Shown: positions 5,751 through 14,939, counted from the first letter of the stretch. The stretch: DNA of 32,000 bases from Demequinaceae bacterium (GCA_965250005.1 OZ252279.1:720001-752000), one strand, 5' to 3'. Numbers and translations are program-made. The notes: generated from the letters alone by a model not told the origin.

Positions 5751-6985
5751 TCACGATGCTGCGATTGGTCCAGGCCGCGCAATCACGACAGTCGCGGTAA
5801 ACGAATAGGCGCCGACGGCGGCCACGGCGAGAGCCTGCTCACCCAAGAGTCCCGCGCCTGCGCCGTCGATGAGTCCGATTCCTTCAGTGCGATCGCCGAT
5901 GATGACCCGCCCGAACACGCCTACGAGCAAGAATCCCACGGCGCCGCTCCACAGATGGATGGCGACTACGTCGCTTGCGTCCTCGTACCCGATCCGGTAC
6001 TTGAGTCGGACCGCTAGGTTCACCGTGACGGCTGCAACCAGGCCCACGAGGAAGGATGCGAAGGGATCAAGGAAGCCTGCCCCTGGCGTCACGGCCACGA
6101 GGCCCGCGATGATTCCGGATACGGTTCCTGCCGAGCTGACGGTTCCCGCGAGGCGCTTCTCGAGCAGCATCCAGCCTGCGCCGCCGCCCACGGCTCCCAG
6201 GTGTGCCGAAAGCACCGCTGAGGCCGCCAGACCGTCCGCCGACATGGCGAAGCCACCGACGAGTCCGAGCCAGCCCACCCACGCGAGTCCCGCGCCCACG
6301 AGCACCAACGGACGGTTGTGGGACGCGGAGGGTGCATCGTGCGGGCCGTTGCGCGGCCCAAGGACCCACGCGAGCGCGAGTGCCGATGCGCCCACGCACA
6401 CGGTGAGGGCTGCGCCCGCGCCGTAGTCGAACACCCCGCGCGCCGCGAGCCACCCTCCCCCGAGTGTCCAGTGAAACGCGACGGGGAGCACCAGCACGGA
6501 CCACGCTGCAAGCACGCCGAGCATCGGCCCAAAGCGCATGCGGCCTGCAGCGACGCCGGTCATTGCGACGGCCGCGACCACGGCGACCATGAGTGTGAAG
6601 ACTACGAACGCAACGGCGGGCAATCCGGCGGGCTCACGTCGGACTCTCCCACGCCCCCGAGGCCAATAAATTGGAAGTCCCCGATGAGCGCGCCGTCGCC
6701 GCCAAAGGCGAACGTGAAGCCCAGTACGATCCAGGTGATTGAAACCACGCCGATCGCGCCAACGGCGAACATCATCATCGCGACAGCGCTCGTCGCTCGG
6801 CTCCGGCTGGCATTGATCGCGCCCAGCCCCACCGCAAGCAACAGCACGAGGAACGCGGAGCCAAGCACCCACGCGGTGGCAGCGAGGTCGGTCTCCACGG
6901 CTGCTCCAGGTGGTCGGTGCCGCCATAAGGCGGCGGCTTCGGGACTGATGAGTCTATCCCTGGGACTCTCGCAATCGAGTGGCAA
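5751..6985 (-). pseudogene. Amt/MEP-family ammonium-transporter-like gene split by a frameshift near 6630-6650
   Basis: The N-terminal Amt-like part (DLAATAWVLGSAFLVLLLAVGLG...WIVLGFTFAFGG) is in the frame of ORF 6602..6985. The rest is in the frame of ORF 5751..6926: HWTLGGGWLAARGVFDYGAGA, SHNRPLVLVGAGLAWVGWLG, IIAGLVAVTPGAGF, DVVAIHLWSGAVG. The likely true start is GTG near 6899. Confidence 0.6.
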
Positions 6986-7067
6986 GGCCGGACTGTTCGT
7001 CGAAGATTCAGTTCCCGTTTTAGCTGTTCAGGCGCGGTGCTCAATCGGGTACAGTTATCACTCGCAA

Positions 7068-7143
7068 TCCCTCATAGCTCAATTGGCAGAGCAGCCGACT
7101 GTTAATCGGCAGGTTGTTGGTTCGAGTCCAACTGAGGGAGCCA
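7068..7143 (+). tRNA. tRNA-Asn (GUU), CCA encoded
   Basis: TCCCTCATAGCTCAATTGGCAGAGCAGCCGACTGTTAATCGGCAGGTTGTTGGTTCGAGTCCAACTGAGGGAGCCA. Acceptor TCCCTCA/TGAGGGA, anticodon loop CTGTTAA. Confidence 0.93.
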
Positions 7144-7156
7144 CCGCCATTACACC

Positions 7157-7189
7157 CCAGCCGGTCCGCTCATCGGGCTGGCTCTTTTT
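7157..7189 (+). terminator. Possible intrinsic terminator after tRNA-Asn
   Basis: CCAGCC (7157-7162) pairs with GGCTGG (7176-7181) and is followed by CTCTTTTT. The stem is short (6 bp) and the loop is large (13 nt). Confidence 0.4.
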
Positions 7190-7307
7190 GCTCTCGCTGC
7201 GTGCCCAGTTTGCTGAAGAGGTATACAAAACGAACGGTCGTGCTATTGTGTGGCTGTGAGGTTCGGCGGTTTGGCCCGGACTCACGCCACAATTTCGGAG
7301 AAAGACC

Positions 7308-7451
7308 ATGACACACACCATCGCCTCAGCACCCGCTACGCATCCCGCGCCACTTGTTCGGCCGGGCAAATGGAATCTCGACCTCACCGACCTCGACATC
7401 GATCTCACTGATGACGACCTTGAGGGCGACCTGAACTTCGGCAGAGACTAA
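7308..7451 (+). CDS. Small acidic protein, 47 aa, unknown function (below the ORF-track size cut-off)
   Basis: ATG7308 is preceded by GGAGAAAGACC. Translation: MTHTIASAPATHPAPLVRPGKWNLDLTDLDIDLTDDDLEGDLNFGRD, stop TAA 7449-7451. It ends 5 nt before the TetR gene start. Confidence 0.4.
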   Translation: MTHTIASAPATHPAPLVRPGKWNLDLTDLDIDLTDDDLEGDLNFGRD

Positions 7452-7456
7452 GAACC

Positions 7457-8059
7457 TTGACCGCAGTCGCGACCCCCAAAGGTCAAGGCACCCGCAGAGC
7501 GGTTATCAACAAGGCCCTCGACCTAGCGAGCACGCTCGGTCTCGAGGGCTTGACCATTGGGGTGCTCGCCAAAAAGGCAGGCCTGTCCAAGAGCGGCCTC
7601 TATGCGCACTTCAAGTCCAAGGAAGACCTCCAGTTGGCCGTACTCGACCGTGCGGCCGAGCGATTCGTTGAAGACGTCATCTCCCCCGCCATTGCCCAGC
7701 CGCGCGGGCTACCGCGAATTGAGCGCCTCTTTGAACTGTGGATCAAGTGGGATACGGGCGAGCTCAGCGGTGGATGCCCCTGGGTGGCCGCCGCCGCGGA
7801 CTTCGACGACCGACCCGGTCCGGTCCGTGACGTGCTCGTGTTCCACATCAACCACATCCTGAGCGTGGTCGCGCGCGCCGCGTCCATTTCGGTAGACGAG
7901 GGCCACCTCGCCGCCGACCTCGACACCAAGCAGTTCGCCTACGAGTACTGGGGCATTGTTTTGGCGCACCACCACACGCACCGGCTGCTGGGTGCGCCCG
8001 ACGCCAACGCGCTGGCCACCACGGCGCTAGCGAATCTGATTGAGCGCTCGCGCGGCTAG
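7457..8059 (+). CDS. TetR/AcrR-family transcriptional regulator
   Basis: 200 aa. N-terminal HTH: LTIGVLAKKAGLSKSGLYAHFKSKEDLQLAVLD. TTG start. Confidence 0.85.
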   Translation: MTAVATPKGQGTRRAVINKALDLASTLGLEGLTIGVLAKKAGLSKSGLYAHFKSKEDLQLAVLDRAAERFVEDVISPAIAQPRGLPRIERLFELWIKWDTGELSGGCPWVAAAADFDDRPGPVRDVLVFHINHILSVVARAASISVDEGHLAADLDTKQFAYEYWGIVLAHHHTHRLLGAPDANALATTALANLIERSRG

Positions 8060-8556
8060 GCGCCGACCGTCAGCACAACGCCGATGAGCGCAACGCCCGT
8101 CGCGACAATCGCTCCGCGGGTCCACAACTGAGGCGCCTCGACCTCTATGCCCAGCACGCTCATCGCGATGGCGCCATCCGCGGGCTTGTTCGGGTAGTAC
8201 CCAACGATCACGGCGGCGCCCTTCTTCGTGTTCCGCGCCAGCGCGTCCCACTGCTCGAGTGCGATGTCAACCCGGTTGACCGCGATTTCGGTGACGTGGC
8301 GTCCCTGATCGGATTCGTACGTCACCTCCACGTGGCGGACATCCACCGGCACATCGGCGCCGTCCGGGCCGGACTCTAACGCTGTCTCCGTCGCGCCCTT
8401 GACCACAACACCTGGCACCTCGATCATCGCTTTGCGGCTCGCGCGCCACATCATCCAGTGGCCAAGCGGCCCCCGAAACAGATAGACGAAAGCGCCAAAG
8501 ATGAGCGCAAGCCCCAGGAAAAACGCGCCTCCAAAGAAGGCTCCGAAAAAGTCCAC
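8056..8556 (-). CDS. Membrane protein, unknown function (TM - soluble beta-rich segment - TM; DUF3592-like layout)
   Basis: 166 aa. Hydrophobic N-terminus (FFGGAFFLGLALIFGAFVYLF) and C-terminus (AIVATGVALIGVVLTVGA). The family assignment is from memory only. Confidence 0.6.
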   Translation of the reverse strand: MDFFGAFFGGAFFLGLALIFGAFVYLFRGPLGHWMMWRASRKAMIEVPGVVVKGATETALESGPDGADVPVDVRHVEVTYESDQGRHVTEIAVNRVDIALEQWDALARNTKKGAAVIVGYYPNKPADGAIAMSVLGIEVEAPQLWTRGAIVATGVALIGVVLTVGA

Positions 8557-8558
8557 GA

Positions 8559-10502
8559 CTAATCCTCTCGCAATGCTCGACGCTCGCCCTCAAACGCGAT
8601 GAGTTCCGCGAAGGCGTCCTGGTAGCCCTCGCCGCCTTCGCCGATGCGCTGCATGCGCCCGCGAACGTCGGCGATCTGACGCGTGAGGCTCAGATCCCAC
8701 ACGCGCCCGAGCACGCTAGTCGCGTACGTCGCAACCTCTGCGGGCTTGTGATGCGGCAGCGGCGAGACAGCGAGCTGGGAAACCACGCCGGCAAGCGTCT
8801 CGCCCACTTCCTCGACCACGCGGTTAGTCCAGTCGCTACCCGCGCCGGCGATACCGCCCGCCGCGAGCACGCCCTCAAACACGGCGCGGTACTGCGGAAC
8901 AGTGAAGGTGTCGGCCGACAGTTTTGCGATCAGCTCGGCGGTAATCTCCGCGGGGATCTGAAGGATCACCTCGAGAGCGAGGCGCTCGGCACGCACCACG
9001 GGGTCGCGCGAATCGGGGCCAGCCGTGGCGGCTCCGGCGTCGGCTTCGGGGTCCGCTCCGGGATCCGGGGGCGGGTACTCGCCGCCCTGCGGAGGCGCGG
9101 ATGATCCGCTGCGGGAAGCGGAGGACGGGCGCTGCTGCTGCGTCGCGGGGCGCGAGCGGGCGGCACTGCCCACGGCCCGGCGCACCTCCTCGTGATCCAT
9201 GCCGAGCCAGCCCGCGAGCAGCCGAGCGTACTCGGGCTGCAACGCGCGGTCCTTGATCCCGGCGACAACGGGGGCGGCGGCACGCAACGCGGCGACTCGA
9301 CCCTCGGCGCTCTCAAGGTTGTTGCCCGCCAGCGCCGCCTTGATCACAAACTCGAACAACGGCACGCGCGACGCGACCAGCGCCGCTACGGCCTTGTCGC
9401 CCTGCTCCTGGCGCAGGTCGCACGGGTCGAGCCCGTCAGGCGCGACAGCGACGAATGTTTGCGACAGGAACTGCGACTCAAGCTGGAAAGTCTTGAGCGC
9501 GGCATTCTGTCCCGCCTCGTCGCCGTCGAAAGTGAAGATGACCTCGCCGCTGCCTACGCCAACCTTTTGCGGCGCGCCAGAGGCACCGCCCATGAGCCGT
9601 CGGATCACCTTTGCGTGGTCCTCGCCGAAGGCCGTGCCGCATGTGGCGACGGCGGTGTCGACGCCCGCAAGGTGGCAGGCCATCACATCGGTGTAGCCCT
9701 CGACCACCACCACCTGCCGTTTCCCAGCGATCTTCTTCTTGGCCAGGTCCAGGCCGTAGAGCACCTGTGATTTCTTGTAGATCGCCGTTTCGGGGGTGTT
9801 GAGGTACTTGGGCCCCTCGTCGTCCTCGTAAAGCTTGCGCGCGCCAAACCCGATCACCTCGCCCGTCACGGCGCGAATGGGCCACACTAGGCGGCCGCGA
9901 AAGCGATCGTAGATGCCTCGCTGGCCCTCAGAGACCAGCCCGGACGCCTTAAACTCCGGCTCCGTGAATCCCTTGGCACGCAGGTGTTCGAGCATATTCG
10001 ACCAGCCCTTGGGCGCGTATCCCACTCCGAACGTCTCTGCGGCTTCCTTGCCGAACCCGCGCCCCTGTAGAAAATCTCGGCCCGCCTTAGCCTCGGGTGT
10101 CTCGAGCTGGGCCACGAAGTACTCGGCTGCCACCCGGTGGGCCTCCAGAAGGCGCTTGCGCATCCCGGGCTCGCCACCAGAGGAGCGCTGCCCGCCCGCC
10201 TCGTAGCGCAGCGTCACGCCCGCGCGGTCGGCGAGGTACTCGACAGCCTCGGCGAACGGCAGCCCGTCCGCTTTCATTACGAATGCGATGACGTCCCCAC
10301 CCTCTCCGCAACCGAAGCAGTGCCAGTGGCCCTGCCCTGGACGCACGTGGAACGAGGGCGTCCGTTCGTCGTGGAAGGGACACAGGCCCTTAAGCGAGCC
10401 CACCCCGCCGCTCTTCAGGGCTACGTGCGCGCCGATGATCTCTTCGATTGGGGCGCGCTCACGGACCGACGCAATGTCGTCGCGATTGATGCTCCCAGCC
10501 AC
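8559..10502 (-). CDS. dnaG: DNA primase
   Basis: 647 aa. Zinc-ribbon CPFHDERTPSFHVRPGQGHWHCFGCGEGGDVIAF; TOPRIM segment VVVVEGYTDVMA...FDGDEAG. Confidence 0.95.
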   Translation of the reverse strand: MAGSINRDDIASVRERAPIEEIIGAHVALKSGGVGSLKGLCPFHDERTPSFHVRPGQGHWHCFGCGEGGDVIAFVMKADGLPFAEAVEYLADRAGVTLRYEAGGQRSSGGEPGMRKRLLEAHRVAAEYFVAQLETPEAKAGRDFLQGRGFGKEAAETFGVGYAPKGWSNMLEHLRAKGFTEPEFKASGLVSEGQRGIYDRFRGRLVWPIRAVTGEVIGFGARKLYEDDEGPKYLNTPETAIYKKSQVLYGLDLAKKKIAGKRQVVVVEGYTDVMACHLAGVDTAVATCGTAFGEDHAKVIRRLMGGASGAPQKVGVGSGEVIFTFDGDEAGQNAALKTFQLESQFLSQTFVAVAPDGLDPCDLRQEQGDKAVAALVASRVPLFEFVIKAALAGNNLESAEGRVAALRAAAPVVAGIKDRALQPEYARLLAGWLGMDHEEVRRAVGSAARSRPATQQQRPSSASRSGSSAPPQGGEYPPPDPGADPEADAGAATAGPDSRDPVVRAERLALEVILQIPAEITAELIAKLSADTFTVPQYRAVFEGVLAAGGIAGAGSDWTNRVVEEVGETLAGVVSQLAVSPLPHHKPAEVATYATSVLGRVWDLSLTRQIADVRGRMQRIGEGGEGYQDAFAELIAFEGERRALRED

Positions 10503-10628
10503 GTGCCCAGCCTATTCCGTATTGGCCAGCCCTCCGCGTCGTGCAATTGCCGTGCGCCCAGAGCGAAAACTGTCCTGGACTCGGCGTCCGCCGCCAGTAG
10601 GCTGGGGCCCACAGGGAAAGGGCAGGCG

Positions 10629-11081
10629 ATGCGAGTCGATGCGTTCTTGGCGGATTCCGCCGAGGTGATTAACAACAAGATCTATGCGCTGGGTGGGGGC
10701 TGGAACACCATCTACGTGCGGGCGTTCCCCGCCATGCACCGGCGGCTTGCGGTAGCTGCGACGGTCCATGTGCCGTTTACAGCGACCAACAGTGCGCACA
10801 AGTTGGACTTGCGCCTGGTCACGGAGGACGGCGCCGACCACGCGATCGGGCTGCGCCCAGACGACGAGGGCAAACCCGTCGCCGTGCACGCCTTAGGCGG
10901 AGAGTTCACCTTGGGCCGGCCACCAAACCTTGTTGACGGCGACGAGCAAATGGCGTGCTTCGGCTTCACGATCGACGGCATGCGCTTCACCGAAGCCGGC
11001 ATGTTCACGTGGACCATCTCGATCGACGGCGACGAAGTCGCGCGGCTGCCGATGCGTGTCCAGCCGGCCAAGCCACAGTAG
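10629..11081 (+). CDS. Hypothetical protein (151 aa)
   Basis: An in-frame ATG at 10629 follows GGGAAAGGG. The upstream part of ORF 10137..11081 is antisense to dnaG and Arg/Pro-rich, so it was discarded. Confidence 0.6.
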   Translation: MRVDAFLADSAEVINNKIYALGGGWNTIYVRAFPAMHRRLAVAATVHVPFTATNSAHKLDLRLVTEDGADHAIGLRPDDEGKPVAVHALGGEFTLGRPPNLVDGDEQMACFGFTIDGMRFTEAGMFTWTISIDGDEVARLPMRVQPAKPQ

Positions 11082-11089
11082 GGCCAGAC

Positions 11090-11524
11090 GTGGAGTGGTT
11101 CAGCGAGGGCTTCGTCGTTGGTGCGTACGTGACATATGGCTTCCTCTTTCTATTCGGCGTGGCCGCGCTAATCGCGCCCAGCCCGCGACTGCACATGACT
11201 CTGCTGCGCGTCACCACCGCTGTGTGGATCATGGTTCTGCTCCAAACCATCAGCGGGTTCATCGTGCTGATCTGGGGTCAGGGTCCGTTCAGCTGGATCA
11301 CCGGGACCGGATACCTCGTCGCAGCGATCGTGATGTTGCCGCTGCTGGGGATCGGCAGGCTCGGCGAGCCCGCTGCTCCGGGCGTCGACCGCAACCCCGA
11401 TGCGCCCGTACTCAGCCCGCGCCAGATCGCCAAGGTTGATGGGATAGCGGCGATGGTGATCGGCGCCGGACTCATCGTGATCGCGTGGCGCCTCGGCGAT
11501 GTGCTCGCGCCGGTCGTCGGGTAG
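11090..11524 (+). CDS. Membrane protein, unknown function
   Basis: GTG11090. About 4 hydrophobic segments (FVVGAYVTYGFLFLFGVAALI, VTTAVWIMVLLQTISGFIVLI, and others). The start is uncertain. Confidence 0.55.
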   Translation: MEWFSEGFVVGAYVTYGFLFLFGVAALIAPSPRLHMTLLRVTTAVWIMVLLQTISGFIVLIWGQGPFSWITGTGYLVAAIVMLPLLGIGRLGEPAAPGVDRNPDAPVLSPRQIAKVDGIAAMVIGAGLIVIAWRLGDVLAPVVG

Positions 11525-11530
11525 CACCGT

Positions 11531-11923
11531 ATGAATGCACTCGCCCGCGTCGGCCTCATGCTCGCCTACGCCGTGCTCTTTCTCGCGGCCGCTGGTCGCT
11601 CCGGCGTGCAGCTCTCGACCAAGGCGGCCGACGCGCCGCTCCCCTACGCGCTCAGCGCTGCCGCCGCGGTGCTATACGGGGTCATCGCGTTTGCGCTGTG
11701 GCGCGGAGGCGAACGGTGGAGGCGGGTCGCGCTCATCGGAACGTCGATCGAGCTCGCGGGGGTCCTCGCCGTAGGCACGTGGGGCATCCTCGAACCTGAC
11801 GCTTGGCCGGACGAAACCGTGTGGACGGGGTTCGGCTCCGGCTACGTGTGGGTGCCGCTCCTGCTACCGATCGCGGCGTTCTGGGCGCTACTGCGCGCGC
11901 GGCGAGCCCGTCCCCAAGGCTAA
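11531..11923 (+). CDS. Membrane protein, unknown function
   Basis: 130 aa, 4 hydrophobic segments. Lies in tandem with the preceding gene. Confidence 0.55.
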   Translation: MNALARVGLMLAYAVLFLAAAGRSGVQLSTKAADAPLPYALSAAAAVLYGVIAFALWRGGERWRRVALIGTSIELAGVLAVGTWGILEPDAWPDETVWTGFGSGYVWVPLLLPIAAFWALLRARRARPQG

Positions 11924-11942
11924 GAGCTTCCCTCCTCGGGGC

Positions 11943-13208
11943 CTAGTTGCTGGGCCCGCAGTACTTGTGATGCCAGTCGTGCGCGGACTTGTCCGTGAGC
12001 GACGCGACCTGGTCCACGGCGACGCGCAGACGGCCGGCGTCGTCCGACGCGGCTCTCCACGCCTCAGCAAAGTGAGTGTCGAGCGCCTCCTCGCCGCGGT
12101 CAATGATCGCGGGAACCAGCGCCGCGAGCCGCTCGCGCTGCTGCCGGTAGACGGGCGACTTCTCGCGTGGCGCCATCAAAAAGTGAACTGCGATTCCTTT
12201 GAGCACCAGGATCTCAGCGGCAGTGTCGGCGGGAATCACCAGTGAGGCGTGATGCCGCGTGAGCGGCCCGTCGCCGTGCTCTTCGCGGGTCGCATCAATG
12301 ACAGCCCCGCAAAAGCGCCCGATCAGTTGGCTCGTGAGGTCCTTGAGGCCCGCGAGCGCGCGATGGGATCCGTCGTACTCATCCATCCATGACGACTCGG
12401 ACCGCAACCGCTCGAGCGCCTCGAGCAGCTCGGCCTCGTCCCCCCGGCCGTACCATTCGCGTGCGTGCGCGGCGATTTCTCGCCCTTGGCCGGCGTCGCG
12501 GAGAACGCTCAGCGAAACGTGCCGGTGCACCACGGAATCCTCAACGTCGTGCACAGAGTAGCTAATGTCGTCGGCAAGGTCCATCACTTGCGCTTCAAAC
12601 GCGACGGATTTCTCCGCCGTGCCCCCTCGGAGCCACGCGAACACGGGCAGGTCGTCGTCATAGACTCCGAACTTTCGCGTCGCGCGCCCGTCAGGCCTGC
12701 TGGGCGCGTCCGGTTCTCCCCACGGATACTTGAGGCTCGCGTCCAGGACAGCACGCGTCAGGTTAAGGCCGACGCTCTCCCCCGTGTCAGGATTGACGGA
12801 TTTGGGCTCAAGACGAGTCAGCAGGCGCAGCGTCTGGGCGTTGCCCTCGAAGCCGCCAATGGCCTTGGCGACCTCGTCGAGCGCGATCTCACCGTTGTGC
12901 CCGAAGGGTGGGTGGCCTAGGTCGTGAGCGAGGCACGCGGCGTCCACCACGTCCGGGTCGGCGCCTAGGGTCTTGCCCAGCCCGCGTCCCACCTGCGCCA
13001 CCTCAAGCGTGTGCGTGAGGCGGGTGCGGACAAAGTCGCCGGTGCCGGCGCCAAGCACTTGCGTCTTGGCGCCCAATCTTCGCAGCGCGCTCGAGTGGAC
13101 GATCCGAGCCTGGTCCCGCTCGAATGGAGTTCGATTGGCGCGCTTGGGCGGTTCGGGGACCCAGCGCTCAACATCTGCTTCGGTGTATCCGGGGGGCGCT
13201 GTGGTCAC
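11943..13208 (-). CDS. dgt: dGTP triphosphohydrolase-like HD-domain protein
   Basis: 421 aa. Motifs RTPFERDQARIVHSSALRRLGAKTQV, RLTHTLEVAQVGR, LAHDLGHPPFGHNGE. Classic position next to dnaG. Confidence 0.9.
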   Translation of the reverse strand: MTTAPPGYTEADVERWVPEPPKRANRTPFERDQARIVHSSALRRLGAKTQVLGAGTGDFVRTRLTHTLEVAQVGRGLGKTLGADPDVVDAACLAHDLGHPPFGHNGEIALDEVAKAIGGFEGNAQTLRLLTRLEPKSVNPDTGESVGLNLTRAVLDASLKYPWGEPDAPSRPDGRATRKFGVYDDDLPVFAWLRGGTAEKSVAFEAQVMDLADDISYSVHDVEDSVVHRHVSLSVLRDAGQGREIAAHAREWYGRGDEAELLEALERLRSESSWMDEYDGSHRALAGLKDLTSQLIGRFCGAVIDATREEHGDGPLTRHHASLVIPADTAAEILVLKGIAVHFLMAPREKSPVYRQQRERLAALVPAIIDRGEEALDTHFAEAWRAASDDAGRLRVAVDQVASLTDKSAHDWHHKYCGPSN

Positions 13209-13240
13209 AGTCCGATGCTATCGGCCTGGGAGCACCCGCC

Positions 13241-13642
13241 CTAGTTGCCGGCTTCGGTCGGGCGCGGTGGCGCCACCTCGACCGTGGCGGTCTCGAGCGA
13301 CCAACTCAGGTATCCCTCGACGTCGCCGACGATCTCAGAATGCTTGCCCTGATACTCGGCCTGGGCGAGCACGGCAGTGAACAGTTGCGCCGTAGGCAAC
13401 ACGTCCTCGTCCCCGCCGAGAGCGCTGAGCTGCTGCGCGATCACGTGCCCGACCTCGTTCATGGCGGCCACGTTGGCGAATGCCTGGTCCGGGTCCGCAA
13501 GCTGATCGGGCGCCATGTACATACTGCGCGTGGCAAGCGTGTGCGCGTGCATCAGCGCAATGAGGAAGCGCGCGGGATCCTTCTCATAGGCCGCCAGGAT
13601 CGCGGTCATGTCGATTTCGCGTACGTCAGGTTCGTTGGCCAT
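13241..13642 (-). CDS. Hypothetical protein (133 aa)
   Basis: An ORF with ordinary coding-like composition. No motif recognised. Confidence 0.5.
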   Translation of the reverse strand: MANEPDVREIDMTAILAAYEKDPARFLIALMHAHTLATRSMYMAPDQLADPDQAFANVAAMNEVGHVIAQQLSALGGDEDVLPTAQLFTAVLAQAEYQGKHSEIVGDVEGYLSWSLETATVEVAPPRPTEAGN

Positions 13643-13666
13643 CGCGGTTCCTCTTTCGCTTCGGCT

Positions 13667-14365
13667 TCAGCCTAGCTTCACTAGCGCATCGCGGTCGGTG
13701 ACGCTGATCGATCGATACTCGAGCGTGACCAGTCCGTCGTCTTCAAGACCGCGCAGGATCTTGTTGACCGATGGCCTGCGGGCGCCAAGCATTGCGGCGA
13801 CCGTACTCTGGGTGAGTTGCACGGGTCCGTCGGCGCTCTCGTCCAGCAGCAGGCGTGCCACCTGCTTGGTGAGGCTCTGCCCCAGCAGTCCGCGCACGCG
13901 GTTCTGGCTGGTGGCGAGCCTCATGGCGATGGACGACATCCACTGACGTGCGAGGTTCGGGTTGCGCTGGATGAGTTTCTGGAAGGCTGCGTCGCTAAGA
14001 TACAGGTACTGAACGTCCGTGAGCGCGCGCGCCGTGTAGGGCATGGGCATGCCGAGCAGCAGCTGGATGTCGCCGTCCACGTCGCCGGCCCTGAGCACGT
14101 GAATGATTGCCCGGGCGCGACCCGCCCCCACCGACAGCGCGACCGTGCCTTCGCGCAGAATCCACACGCCGTCGAACGTCTCTCCCTCGCGGCAAATGAC
14201 ACCGTCGCGGTCGATGGTTCGCGGCTCGAGCACGTCGGCAAACGCCGCTACATCCTCGGGCCCGAGCGGCGCGCCCTCTCCCCTACCGACGCAACGTGCG
14301 ACCCAGGCTGCCTCGCGCATCGTCCCCGCGGAGCCATCTGTCATTTGCATCGCGGTCATATCCAT
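13667..14365 (-). CDS. Crp/Fnr-family transcriptional regulator
   Basis: 232 aa. cNMP-binding-like beta-barrel segment (GETFDGVWILREGTVALS...LRAGDVDGD) and a C-terminal HTH (LTQSTVAAMLGARRPSVNKILRGLEDDGLV). The start codon is uncertain; several in-frame Met codons are available. Confidence 0.8.
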   Translation of the reverse strand: MDMTAMQMTDGSAGTMREAAWVARCVGRGEGAPLGPEDVAAFADVLEPRTIDRDGVICREGETFDGVWILREGTVALSVGAGRARAIIHVLRAGDVDGDIQLLLGMPMPYTARALTDVQYLYLSDAAFQKLIQRNPNLARQWMSSIAMRLATSQNRVRGLLGQSLTKQVARLLLDESADGPVQLTQSTVAAMLGARRPSVNKILRGLEDDGLVTLEYRSISVTDRDALVKLG

Positions 14366-14392
14366 ATGTCAATCATGTCATCTTGCTGACAT
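14366..14392. promoter_or_regulatory. ATGTCA hexamer triplet including an 18-bp palindrome ATGTCA-N6-TGACAT; candidate Crp/Fnr-type operator
   Basis: ATGTCA at 14366-14371 and 14375-14380; inverted TGACAT at 14387-14392. It lies in the divergent intergenic region between the Crp/Fnr regulator gene and the membrane-protein gene at 14455. The layout matches the TGTGA-N6-TCACA class of sites. Confidence 0.4.
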
Positions 14393-14454
14393 TTGCGGAA
14401 CGGCGCACGGCAGGCGATGTTGCACTGGCTACACCTCTACAAAGGAGTTCAGCG

Positions 14455-14919
14455 ATGGATATAAAGACAATCAAGGCCGGCGCAATTGCCGGGGCGATCG
14501 GCGGCATGGTCATGGCCATGTTCGCGATGGTCGCACTGTGGCTTGCCGACGTGGGCTTCTGGGCTCCGCTCAACCTGATCGCGCACACGGCCTGGTCGGA
14601 CGCACCGCTCGACGGCGAGTTCAGCGGCGGAGCGGTCGCAATCGGCCTCGTCATCCACATGGCAATCTCCATGATGCTCGGTGCGGCAATCGCCGTGGTC
14701 CTATCCAAGATGGCGGCCCTTAACAGCAGCACCGTAGTTGCAGCCATCACCGGCATGGTCATCGGCCTGATCGCATGGGTTCTCGTCCAGTACGTCGCAT
14801 GGCCTGCCATCGACCAGGAGGCTGCGGACGCGTTCACGCCGTGGGTCTTCGGAGCCGCGCACGCCATGTTCGGTGTTGTCACCGGCGCGCTCGCTCACCG
14901 CAGCCTCGCCAAGTCCTAG
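14455..14919 (+). CDS. Membrane protein, unknown function (154 aa)
   Basis: ATG14455 lies 8 nt after AAAGGAG. 4 hydrophobic segments. The upstream part of ORF 14296..14919 was discarded. Confidence 0.65.
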   Translation: MDIKTIKAGAIAGAIGGMVMAMFAMVALWLADVGFWAPLNLIAHTAWSDAPLDGEFSGGAVAIGLVIHMAISMMLGAAIAVVLSKMAALNSSTVVAAITGMVIGLIAWVLVQYVAWPAIDQEAADAFTPWVFGAAHAMFGVVTGALAHRSLAKS

Positions 14920-14939
14920 CCCGCACATAGGTTAGACAC

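Noticed and set aside
6318-7259. 313-aa ORF on the plus strand running through the tRNA-Asn gene.
   Set aside because: It is antisense to the Amt-like gene and reads through a structural RNA gene. No motifs were found.
10137-10628. Long N-terminal extensions offered by the ORF track (10137..11081, and similarly 10955.., 14296.., 17921.., 22314.., 24573..).
   Set aside because: The extensions overlap neighbouring genes on the opposite strand or in another frame and have shadow-ORF composition. Internal starts with SD-like sequences give proteins with sensible N-termini such as signal peptides, a Walker-A-proximal start or TM segments.
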